A stretch of 60,649 nt of DNA, counting the filler. It is 4 parts of 4 records of this genome, joined end to end, with 100 filler letters (N's around TTAATTAATTAA, not from the genome) between each part and the next. Parts side by side here need not be neighbours in the genome. Positions count along the whole stretch, not along the records: positions 25,084 to 47,840 come from DRR723986_13858; 3 more parts are not named here. One strand, given 5' to 3'. The notes beneath the pieces were generated by a model, which worked only from the letters and a program-made list of their open reading frames with translations, was not told where the DNA came from and made no database searches. The position numbers and the translations under genes were made by a program. Below, piece after piece: positions 35,268 to 44,257 of this stretch. Positions within the stretch are counted from its first letter, which is position 1; the number at the start of each line of letters is the position of its first letter.

Positions 35268-36575
35268 GTGATCCGAATCGTATGCTGTCCATCGTGTGAT
35301 GAAAAAGGCGCTTTGCTGGCCGACATTGCTCCAGGTGAGAAAATCACTTGCGCCCAGTGCACCAATCAATTCGACCCAGCGGCTGCCACCGTTGAAACGT
35401 TGCCAATCATCGTTGCAACCACCGGCGGCGAGACTTCCAGCTCCGGCAGTGACTCCGAACTGAAACTTCGTGACGAGGAACCGGCCAAAGGTGGACCGAC
35501 CAGTGATCCCAGCAAATGGCAATCCTACGAACCAATCACGCACGACCAGTTTGAGCGTCTGAAACGAAAAAACCGCTCGCCCATTTGGTCGATCTTGCAA
35601 ATTGGACTGGGCGGCGCTGCTGCCATTCCGATTGCGCTGCTGATTCTCTGGCATGGACTGGGCCGTGATGTAATGGACGCAGGCCCGACCGTTGCGAAAT
35701 ACGCCCCGTGGATTGTCCCCGAGAAATTCCACCCATTTGAACCTGAAGACACGCAAGATGACCCGTCACCCCAGCCCCGTCGCAGTGGCGGCTTCAGAAA
35801 TTTCGACAAAGAACTTGGACTCGATGTCGGCGACGAGCCTGCTGAATCTGCCGAAGTAACGCCACCTTTAGGCGCGAGTCCCGAACAGCAATCTAGCGAC
35901 AACATGCCGGCCATGCCCCCAGCGGATGAACTGGATCGAGCACGTGTTCAGGAGCTGTTTCCGTTCACCCGCGGACTTTTCCGATCGATCAACAGTTATG
36001 AAGCGGATTTAGCCACATGGCTTCGTGACAAAGACACGCCTGGTGCAGACCTCAGTTCCATAGCCAAGAAACTGTACGGCGACTTGCTGTCGATCTCGCA
36101 CCAACTCCAACAGTTCCCCAGTGAAAGCCCGGTCTTTAAGTTCATACGGAACGAGATGTCAGGTGCAAGTGGTCGTGTCAAACGCGACCTTGCTACTCAA
36201 AAACTCATCAGCGCAGGCGCAAGGCATACGCTTTCCGCAGTGGATTGGCCTACAACAACGTCAATTTCAATCGCCATGATCATCAAGATCAAAGAAGCCG
36301 AACGTGACGGCCCACAATGGTCGATTCTACCCGAACACTCTGAAACACCTTCCGAACTATTTCCTGGTAAGTTGTCTGTGCAACTACCAACGTATTTGTC
36401 GCCAGCTTTGATTCCCAAACAAAAGCTGCTGGTACTCGGCACCTTGAACAAAGGCTCGGAAGGGAATATCACGCTTCAAGGCAACTATCTTTATTCCTTT
36501 GGTTCACGCGACACCGCAGATGCGTCTTCGGATTCAGATTCAACTGACGACGCGACAACGCCGCTCGATCAATAA
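35268..36575 (+). CDS. Hypothetical bitopic membrane protein with N-terminal Zn ribbon
   Basis: CPSC-x15-CAQC, acidic linker, one TM helix (ILQIGLGGAAAIPIALLILW). Confidence 0.7.
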   Translation: MIRIVCCPSCDEKGALLADIAPGEKITCAQCTNQFDPAAATVETLPIIVATTGGETSSSGSDSELKLRDEEPAKGGPTSDPSKWQSYEPITHDQFERLKRKNRSPIWSILQIGLGGAAAIPIALLILWHGLGRDVMDAGPTVAKYAPWIVPEKFHPFEPEDTQDDPSPQPRRSGGFRNFDKELGLDVGDEPAESAEVTPPLGASPEQQSSDNMPAMPPADELDRARVQELFPFTRGLFRSINSYEADLATWLRDKDTPGADLSSIAKKLYGDLLSISHQLQQFPSESPVFKFIRNEMSGASGRVKRDLATQKLISAGARHTLSAVDWPTTTSISIAMIIKIKEAERDGPQWSILPEHSETPSELFPGKLSVQLPTYLSPALIPKQKLLVLGTLNKGSEGNITLQGNYLYSFGSRDTADASSDSDSTDDATTPLDQ

Positions 36576-36614
36576 ATTTTCAAGAACGTTTTGTAGCGGT
36601 CGCGGGACCAGACA

Positions 36615-37718
36615 ATGACGAATCACAACTCTCTTCCATCCAACGACAAAAGCCCGACGCAGGCTGAAGCCAGCCAAGACAAATCAAGCGAGTCGCAGGG
36701 TAGCGACGGTCCATTCCCTGAATCAATTGATCTATCCTCGTCGACGGTTGCCGAAGCTTCAAAAACGCTCAATGGCATCTTTGGATACGCAACGGAAATA
36801 CGCGAGCGAACACTGAAGAGTGCGTCAGCAATCGCTGATGGCATCCGAGAATCTAGCAATTGGCTGGTACCATCTGCGTTTCGCAACTCGCAGTCCTACA
36901 CGATCTTCATTCGGCAAATGTTCGACTACGCCCATGCCGACATCGATGTGCGAAAGATGATCGCGGGTGTCAAATCGGTCGTTCCAGAGCATCTGTTTGT
37001 TGCGCGGCGATCCATCGACAACCTATTCGACATGACCGCTTTGGCCGCGTTCCATGTTTCCCCGCTCACAACAACCGCCGTTTACAGCCAACTAGCTTTC
37101 AACGATCGCTCATTCGTTGGAAAACTGGCGCACCAACTGAAGTCGGACGGAATGTTGACTACGTCTAGCGCGATCGCAGATACGCAGACTCTTTTGGCCG
37201 CCATCGAAGAGGCCGCGACTTCGTCGGACCTGAAGTTTCGAAATCCACCAATTTCGGCCAGCCTGCTCGGCAATACGATATCGAGCATAGAACAAGAGCT
37301 GGCAGATTCGCCGGGAATCCGACAATCTGTACCGATGTATGAAGTCGCACAGCTTTGGAGGCAGCTTGAAGCCTGTGCAGTTGCTCACGAAGCGGCTCTT
37401 TGGGACATCGCTGCCGCCGTAGCGATTCACGCTCTCGGAATGGAGCAAGACAATCAAACCGATGCGTCGCAAACACTTGAACTCCCGCAAGAGTTCTCGT
37501 GCCGCAGCCTGATCAATAGCTACTGGGATGGTCTGCGGAAGATTGAGCGTGAGGGGCTGTTGCCGACGCTGTCGCAAGCTAGTGAACCGTTTTTGGATTC
37601 TATCTGGCAGACGTTTTCGATGGATCGCAGCAGTTGGCGACAACAACTGCTCGATGGAGAAATGCTCAAATGGGGTTGGAGCAAGCTGGGATGGAAGACT
37701 GCTGACTCCCAGCCTTGA
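36615..37718 (+). CDS. Hypothetical protein
   Basis: 367-aa ORF co-directional with upstream genes; no recognised motif. Confidence 0.6.
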   Translation: MTNHNSLPSNDKSPTQAEASQDKSSESQGSDGPFPESIDLSSSTVAEASKTLNGIFGYATEIRERTLKSASAIADGIRESSNWLVPSAFRNSQSYTIFIRQMFDYAHADIDVRKMIAGVKSVVPEHLFVARRSIDNLFDMTALAAFHVSPLTTTAVYSQLAFNDRSFVGKLAHQLKSDGMLTTSSAIADTQTLLAAIEEAATSSDLKFRNPPISASLLGNTISSIEQELADSPGIRQSVPMYEVAQLWRQLEACAVAHEAALWDIAAAVAIHALGMEQDNQTDASQTLELPQEFSCRSLINSYWDGLRKIEREGLLPTLSQASEPFLDSIWQTFSMDRSSWRQQLLDGEMLKWGWSKLGWKTADSQP

Positions 37719-37815
37719 TTTGGTTCGCACCGCGGCCGTAGGTCAGCAAACTTGCCTCTACAATCCGCTATGGCTAAGGAGCTGGGCCGATCCGAAAGGT
37801 CCGTTGCCGGCCGAT

Positions 37816-38835
37816 CTACTTCGCAACAATGTTTCCACTGAGTGCCGTCTCGGCGACTCCATCAGAGGCCAAGTCGGTAATGATCTTTACCGTCTCTTTG
37901 AACGCGCCCTCGTCGGCGGCACCCGCGGCAAATTTGACGCGAATCAGATGCAGCCGCTTTTGACCACTCGGAATTTCGAATTGAAAACGGTCATCCTTGC
38001 AATCAATCTCTTTGATCGCAAAAGCGTCTTTTGATTTCAAAACGATTCGGCCAGACCACGTCTCCCCGGCGTTTAGTGTACCGATTGGTTCAGGTGGAGT
38101 TACAGCTAGCGGCGGCAAGACATAACCACGCACCGGAATAGCCACTGAATTGTAGTTTCGTTCGTTGGTGACCAGGAAGATTTGGCTATTCATCAAGCCT
38201 GCGGGAGCTGAATCCTTCAACCGAACATTCATCTGATACTCAACACGACCGTCTCGAGTGCGAACGGGCTGACCTTCAAAGCTTACGCCTAGGTTTTCAT
38301 TGTCACTGCGAACGTCGGTGATTTCCCAGTAGTTTCGGCCCGCGTAAGTGATACGAACCTTTTGCTTTGCTTCCTGACCGAGTTGGAGTTCTCCAAACTG
38401 AATCTCACCGGGCTCGGTGACGATGTCTGAGCGAATGTTACCCTTTACACGCAACTGCACCTCAGCGTAGACCGGCCGGTCAAAGATCACGGTGACGACC
38501 GCCTCTTTGGAACCAATGAAGGACCGAGTATTGAACTCGCAGACAATACCACCTTGCTGGTACGTCTTGATGTCGGCCTTCTTGTCCAGGATCCGGGGAA
38601 TGGTACAGCCGCAACTACTGCGTACTCCAGCTATATGCAGTGGCTGTTCATACGAGTTCGTAAACTTAAAAACGTACTCTGCTTTGGCACCACGTGGTAC
38701 GATCCCGAAGTCATGGTCTTGCTCAGAGAACATCTTGCGGGCCCAGTCCTGAGCAATCGCAGGCGAACTACTGGCGAGCAAGAATAGAATGAAAGCGAGA
38801 TACTTTGGACAACCGGCCTGGGTGCGGGCAATCAT
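37816..38835 (-). CDS. DUF1573 domain secreted protein (tandem Ig-like domains)
   Basis: Signal peptide AIA-QDW, HDFG.V, I..VRSSCGCT.P; ATG 38835 chosen. Confidence 0.85.
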   Translation of the reverse strand: MIARTQAGCPKYLAFILFLLASSSPAIAQDWARKMFSEQDHDFGIVPRGAKAEYVFKFTNSYEQPLHIAGVRSSCGCTIPRILDKKADIKTYQQGGIVCEFNTRSFIGSKEAVVTVIFDRPVYAEVQLRVKGNIRSDIVTEPGEIQFGELQLGQEAKQKVRITYAGRNYWEITDVRSDNENLGVSFEGQPVRTRDGRVEYQMNVRLKDSAPAGLMNSQIFLVTNERNYNSVAIPVRGYVLPPLAVTPPEPIGTLNAGETWSGRIVLKSKDAFAIKEIDCKDDRFQFEIPSGQKRLHLIRVKFAAGAADEGAFKETVKIITDLASDGVAETALSGNIVAK

Positions 38836-39268
38836 TCGTAAATCCTCAACTTGCAGATGTGTATCTTTACCAGCAGGCCTCAGCCACTTTGCGAGCGACT
38901 TAGTACGCACTAAAAACGGAATCTGTTCGAGTCGCAAAAGGCCCTCAGCTCCGACGCTGGGACGTCGGTAGGGTATCAACCCCACGCATTGCTGGATCGG
39001 GCGGAGCGATCGATTCGCACTGGGATCCTAACAAGTCTTTGGGACCTGATGGATCGTTGACGTAAACCATTTTCGACCGCTCACCAAGACACGCAATCGG
39101 CAAGCTTGCGGGCAAAGATCCACCCCAGGCGTTAAAGTCATCCCAGAAAGTCAACTTTAACAGTGCTACGCCGGCTCGAAAAGGCGATTCTCAACATCTT
39201 CGCCCTGCAATGCCCTGCTAGAGGGTTGTGGGACAATTGCAATGTCCACAAACTGCAGCGACGTTTTG

Positions 39269-39997
39269 CTAGCGAACGTCGATCGCAGTCATCTTGTAGA
39301 TGGCAGCTAGAAAACCGTCGGGCATCCGAAACTCTTCGATCTCAAACTTACCTTTGACCGTGATCGGCCGAACACTGAACGAGGCAGTTTTGCCCTTCTC
39401 CATTTTCACACGGATGCAGTCAAAAATAGCGGCACCCGGTCCAAAACAGCATTCTTGGTTGTCTCGAACGAGCACAAATTCCTGAATGCCTTCCTGTTGG
39501 AAAGTGGGGAACATATAGCCGCGAATGCGAAGCGTGCGTTTCTTCAGCGATTCGATATCGCTAGTGAGCATCTTGCGCTCAAACTTCCCGCCCTTTTCGA
39601 TATCAAACTTGAGGTCATCAAAGGTGATCTCGCCACGACGGCGCGCCGCGGCTCTCCGAGCTTTCTCGATCGCCGACTCACGTGACTCCTCAGCAGTCTC
39701 TTTCTTGGAGGCACTTCCCTTGGTCTGGGTCGCTTTCGTGCTACCAGCCTTACTGCTGTCGGTCTTCTTGGTTTCCGCCTTGTTTGCGTCCGTCTTCTTT
39801 GTACTAGCAGAGGTCTTGTCAGCCTTGGTGGCGGACGAATCCGATGCTGAGGACTGTTCTTTCGCTTTCGATTTCTCGGCTGTCTTCTGCTCGCTCTTGT
39901 TATCGTCCTGCTGCGCAGCCTTGCCACGAACCACGCCTGCTGGCAAAACGGCAGTAGCAACAACGAAAAATGAACACACAAGAATTCGAAGGATCAC
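39269..39997 (-). CDS. DUF3299 domain secreted protein
   Basis: Signal peptide, K/S/A-rich linker, IRGYMFP...EFVLV....CCFG. Confidence 0.8.
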   Translation of the reverse strand: MILRILVCSFFVVATAVLPAGVVRGKAAQQDDNKSEQKTAEKSKAKEQSSASDSSATKADKTSASTKKTDANKAETKKTDSSKAGSTKATQTKGSASKKETAEESRESAIEKARRAAARRRGEITFDDLKFDIEKGGKFERKMLTSDIESLKKRTLRIRGYMFPTFQQEGIQEFVLVRDNQECCFGPGAAIFDCIRVKMEKGKTASFSVRPITVKGKFEIEEFRMPDGFLAAIYKMTAIDVR

Positions 39998-40137
39998 TGT
40001 ATTCTCCTCGAAAGGAAGGCGGGGATCGCAATATCAAACGACCTGTACACCTTCATTGTAGAGCATGCAGGCGCGCAATGGAAAACCAATCCTTAGAACT
40101 GGCCGCCTTGCAGGCATTTCGCACAACGTTTCAAGCG

Positions 40138-40800
40138 TTACTTAAGAATATCGGCACGAAGCTGATAATAGACGCCCGTCAGCCCATCGACGGGCTTCAG
40201 CGCCGGGTTCACATTGAATTTCCCCGCGAGGCGTTGTCGACGATAGCTCTTCTGCGCGTACTGATCACCGGTCAAATTGACTTCGATCATATGCGTCAAA
40301 GGCGGCTGGCCACCAAAGCAGCATGTACCCAAATCGGGGACCAGCACGAAACGCTTTGCCTTCAAAGTAGACATGCTAGTCGGGTGGATGTAGCCCTTGA
40401 TGAAGACATCTTCACCATTGATATTCATCGCAAAGCTCGTGGGCTGGTCGGGTTGACCGTCGGGGCTGAGCAATGCATTGAAGTCGACACGCGTGTAACC
40501 TTCGGGCACTTCCGTCAAATAGATATAGGTGTGAAGCGCGGGTGCCAGAATCAATAACAGCAGCGAAGCACCACCGCCAATCATCGCTATAGGCCGACCA
40601 ATAATCTCTTCTGGAAAACGCCGAAAGTCGCGCATTGCCAAAGCGGCCGCCACAACGCCAAGCAGCGGTACAAGAATCATCGGTACGAACCAGATCGCAG
40701 CCAATCCGAACACCGCGAGAACGAGGCTGGCAATTGCAGCTCGCGAAACGGACTGGTAGACCTCGTGGCCTTCTTGCGAAAAACCAGCAGTAGTGGACAT
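40138..40800 (-). CDS. DUF4190-like TM domain fused to DUF3299
   Basis: AIASLVLA...GRPIA TM segment; IKGYIHP...FVLVPDLGTCCFGGQPP. Confidence 0.75.
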   Translation of the reverse strand: MSTTAGFSQEGHEVYQSVSRAAIASLVLAVFGLAAIWFVPMILVPLLGVVAAALAMRDFRRFPEEIIGRPIAMIGGGASLLLLILAPALHTYIYLTEVPEGYTRVDFNALLSPDGQPDQPTSFAMNINGEDVFIKGYIHPTSMSTLKAKRFVLVPDLGTCCFGGQPPLTHMIEVNLTGDQYAQKSYRRQRLAGKFNVNPALKPVDGLTGVYYQLRADILK

Positions 40801-40977
40801 TTCTCACCCAGCGACAGAAACGAAACAGCGAAGTTGCTAACGCCAGATAGAGCTCAGACCAACTCAGCCACTTCGAGCCATCGCAGCCACGTGGGATACG
40901 ACGAGAAGGCTCAAGACAATCTGTCTAGGCCGAAGCTGATTTGTCCGACACTGAGGCTTGGCAGAAAGAACCAGGGC

Positions 40978-42414
40978 TCACCGAGAACCACCTAGGCTCA
41001 CCCACATTCCCAAACCACAGGTAACCGACGCAGCGATTAATACGCTGATCGCACGAAAACGGTTCGAATCCGCTTTGCTGCCCGCGACTGCTAGCGGAGC
41101 GGCTTCCCCTCGCCCACGAATGGTGGGCTCTTCTGTCTTGGGTTCGAAACTGGCAACTTGCTGAGCCTTTGTGCCGACCAGGCTGACAGACCAGTCCGCA
41201 ACCGGTCGAGTCCAGCGTCCTAGTCGATTCGGTGCTGCCATTGGCCGACGTTCTCCGAGACTCCGGATTGCGAGCCCGCGAGCTGCATCTAGATTCGGTG
41301 CCCAAGCACCAGCGCCTTGGACAGGGAAATATACCTGGGCTCGTTTGAATGCGCCAGGATCCAGCTTCTTCAGTTCATCCAGCTTCGTCTTGGCTTCCGG
41401 CAGCGGGCAAGCTCTCAGGAAGTTGATGACGGGGACACGCACCCAACTGGTTTCATCGTCCGACTCACGGAAGAGCTGAACAAGGCGATCCATCTGCGAC
41501 CAGTCTTCCCAACGCGCCAGGTCGGGTATGACCAAGTCGGCGTATTCCTTTCGCTCCAAAATCAATCGTAGCGATTTCACCAACCTCTTTCGTTCGACAA
41601 CTCCGCCTTCGGTGCCGTGGAAACGAATCGCCTGCAACGCCGCGTATGTATCGCCGTACTCGCGTTTCTTGTCTTTCAGGAACATGTCTTCAACGAAACC
41701 AACACCATCGGCCCCCTTGAGCGTGATGTAGCATCCGATGAGTGAGTCCAAGCCAGCTCGCTCGAGCGGATTGTCACTCTTCATCATTTCCTCGAGAAGC
41801 TTGGCGTCCTCCTTCTTCCCACAGATGCCAAGCATGACAAAGTAAAGCCTGCGATGATCTGCCGAGATATCCAAGTCTTGAAGCCACTTGAGCAAGCGTT
41901 CACGATTCATCTTCGACTTCAGTAGGCGAACATCGTCATAAGCCGCCCCGCTAAACTCGTCGTACGCATCCTGGTTGAGCATCTCATCTTCGTGCTCAAG
42001 ATAACCTAAATAGAAGCCCAATCGTTCCGTTGGATCTTCAGGCAGAGCAAGCACTTTCTCCAGATATTCAATTGCCGCTCCGGAGACTTTGCGAGGAAAA
42101 CTCCACAGCAAATCAGGTGGGTCGATGCCGAGCAACAAGAATCGCTGCTCGCTGTCGGCAGAACCAAAGTAAGGAATCGGCAACTCAGCGCCCACTTTGA
42201 GGAGCTTCTTGCCTTGTAAGATTTTCTCGAACTTGAAGACGGCATCTGAGTCCGTTTCGCTGCCGGGCACAATGGTTGCAATCGCAACGATATCCGCACT
42301 TGCCATCTCCTCACTCAGCGGCTGTCGCACGCTTGAGCAGAACGGACAACTGGCAGTCACCGTAGTGACGACAGCCAGAACGATGCACATCGGCATCAAG
42401 GCTTTCAAAAGCAT
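40978..42414 (-). CDS. Hypothetical exported protein with N-terminal CPFC and C-terminal TM anchor
   Basis: Signal peptide ...VTA-SCPFCS; helical core; hydrophobic C-terminus. Confidence 0.75.
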   Translation of the reverse strand: MLLKALMPMCIVLAVVTTVTASCPFCSSVRQPLSEEMASADIVAIATIVPGSETDSDAVFKFEKILQGKKLLKVGAELPIPYFGSADSEQRFLLLGIDPPDLLWSFPRKVSGAAIEYLEKVLALPEDPTERLGFYLGYLEHEDEMLNQDAYDEFSGAAYDDVRLLKSKMNRERLLKWLQDLDISADHRRLYFVMLGICGKKEDAKLLEEMMKSDNPLERAGLDSLIGCYITLKGADGVGFVEDMFLKDKKREYGDTYAALQAIRFHGTEGGVVERKRLVKSLRLILERKEYADLVIPDLARWEDWSQMDRLVQLFRESDDETSWVRVPVINFLRACPLPEAKTKLDELKKLDPGAFKRAQVYFPVQGAGAWAPNLDAARGLAIRSLGERRPMAAPNRLGRWTRPVADWSVSLVGTKAQQVASFEPKTEEPTIRGRGEAAPLAVAGSKADSNRFRAISVLIAASVTCGLGMWVSLGGSR

Positions 42415-42897
42415 AACTGTACCTCGGGGGGAGCGAACAAGCGCTTTGTTGGCAGGTATCGGTTGTGGCCAAGGCGGATTGAATCAGTCTCACGACGCTC
42501 TCGATCGAGCTGACTGTACAGCAATCCGCCGACCATTTGACGGACGCAGGTTAGGACGCACCATTGGCCGTTTGGGTAAGTGTAGGAGACTGGCTGGCGG
42601 TAAGGCTAGCGACACCACCCATTTTCTTCAATCTATGTGGGATTTTCATGCCACGAAGCTCGGTTGCTCGCCGGACAATCCGAACTTTCGACATATTTTC
42701 ACCTCAAATTCTCTTCCCCGCGTTTGACTGAAGCATTTTCCCTAGCCGCAAATACGCTGCCTGCATCGCTGGTTGGATCCCACCAACAAAAAACCACCCT
42801 ACATCTACTCGCCACCACCAAACGACTCACCATCACAGAGCTGCTATAATACGTGTCCCGCCTTGAATCTCGCCTTCCCCACCGGCAGACCGCCACG

Positions 42898-44178
42898 ATG
42901 AACGAAACGACACAAGCCGCGCAACGCTCGCGCACATCCACCCATCGTCGGCGAACTTTTTTGAAAGCTGCTGGCGTCTCAATCGCACTTCCCGTCCTGG
43001 AACGAGAACTCGCAGCGACTCACAACGGTCAATCACCGGCGCGAATGGTTTGCGTCGGTAACGAATTCGGAATGTACCCGGAGAGCTTTTGGCCAAAGGA
43101 TTCGGGCAAAAACTTTTCAGCTTCACCACTGCTCGAACCGCTTGAACCGCATCGCGAACACTACACGCTCTTTTCTGGTTTGGATCATGGCCTCAAAGGT
43201 GGACACTTTGCGGTACATACCTTCCTGACCGGCATCAACGCCGCCGATGCTGGTGCATCCGAGGAAGGTGGGATCAGTCTTGACCAGCGGGCAGCCGAGC
43301 ACGTCGGCTCTGAGACACGCTTTCCATCAATTGGCATCGGTAGCGACAACGGCCTGCATGGCGGCCCTATGATGAGCTGGACACGCACCGGAACACGAGT
43401 TCCGCCGATCCCCGGGCCCAAGCAATTGTTCGATCTTTTGTTTGTCGACAATGGACCCGACGCTCGCGAGCAAGCACTGCAGCGCATCGAATTGCGAAAG
43501 AGCATCCTCGACAGCGTGCTCCCGGATGCAAAACAACTCAGCAAGAAGATCAGTAAGTCAGATCGCGCGAAACTGGACGAGTATTTTTCGTCGCTGCGTA
43601 GCGTTGAAAAGTCACTCCAGCTCGACACGAAATGGCAGCAAGTCCCCAAGCCAACGGTAGACTACTCGCGGCCGCAAAATGAGGGGCTAACGAAGGACCT
43701 GCCAAAGATCTACGACTTGTTGGCACTCGCTTTGCAAACAGATTCAACTCGAGTGGCAACGGTGGAGATTGGAGCGGGCTTCGCCGCAAGTGATCTCGGC
43801 ATCAAGAGTGGTTATCACAGCCTCTCTCACCACGGAAAACAGCCGGACAAGATCAAACAACTAATCGAGATCGAGCGTTACCAAACGGAAGAACTCTCCA
43901 AGTTCCTCGCTACTCTCAAAGATACGAAGGACGCAGCAGGTCGCTCCTTGCTTGACAGCACAATGGTGCTCTTCGGCAGTGGAATGGGCAATGCAAATTC
44001 TCACACCAATTCTAACCTGCCCGTTGTGCTTGCCGGAGGTGATATTCGACACCGAGGACACGTGGCGTTTGGTCCACACAACGCAGTGCCACTGTCGAAT
44101 CTTTACGTCTCAATGCTTCAGCGATTCGGGGTGGAAACCGATCGGTTCAGCCGCAGTACCGGAAGCCTGACGATTTGA
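42898..44178 (+). CDS. DUF1552 (HXXSHH) protein with Tat-like leader
   Basis: RRRTFLK..GV.IALP.LE, ISLDQ.AA, D.TRVAT, YHSLSHH, GSGMG..N.H...NLP; TATAAT at 42845-50. Confidence 0.93.
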   Translation: MNETTQAAQRSRTSTHRRRTFLKAAGVSIALPVLERELAATHNGQSPARMVCVGNEFGMYPESFWPKDSGKNFSASPLLEPLEPHREHYTLFSGLDHGLKGGHFAVHTFLTGINAADAGASEEGGISLDQRAAEHVGSETRFPSIGIGSDNGLHGGPMMSWTRTGTRVPPIPGPKQLFDLLFVDNGPDAREQALQRIELRKSILDSVLPDAKQLSKKISKSDRAKLDEYFSSLRSVEKSLQLDTKWQQVPKPTVDYSRPQNEGLTKDLPKIYDLLALALQTDSTRVATVEIGAGFAASDLGIKSGYHSLSHHGKQPDKIKQLIEIERYQTEELSKFLATLKDTKDAAGRSLLDSTMVLFGSGMGNANSHTNSNLPVVLAGGDIRHRGHVAFGPHNAVPLSNLYVSMLQRFGVETDRFSRSTGSLTI

Positions 44179-44257
44179 CCTCTTGCGCCGTGAACTACGC
44201 GCCACGCCAAGGATGGTTCTTGTTCTGCCAATCCCGCCCGCTATCGGAATGCAACCG

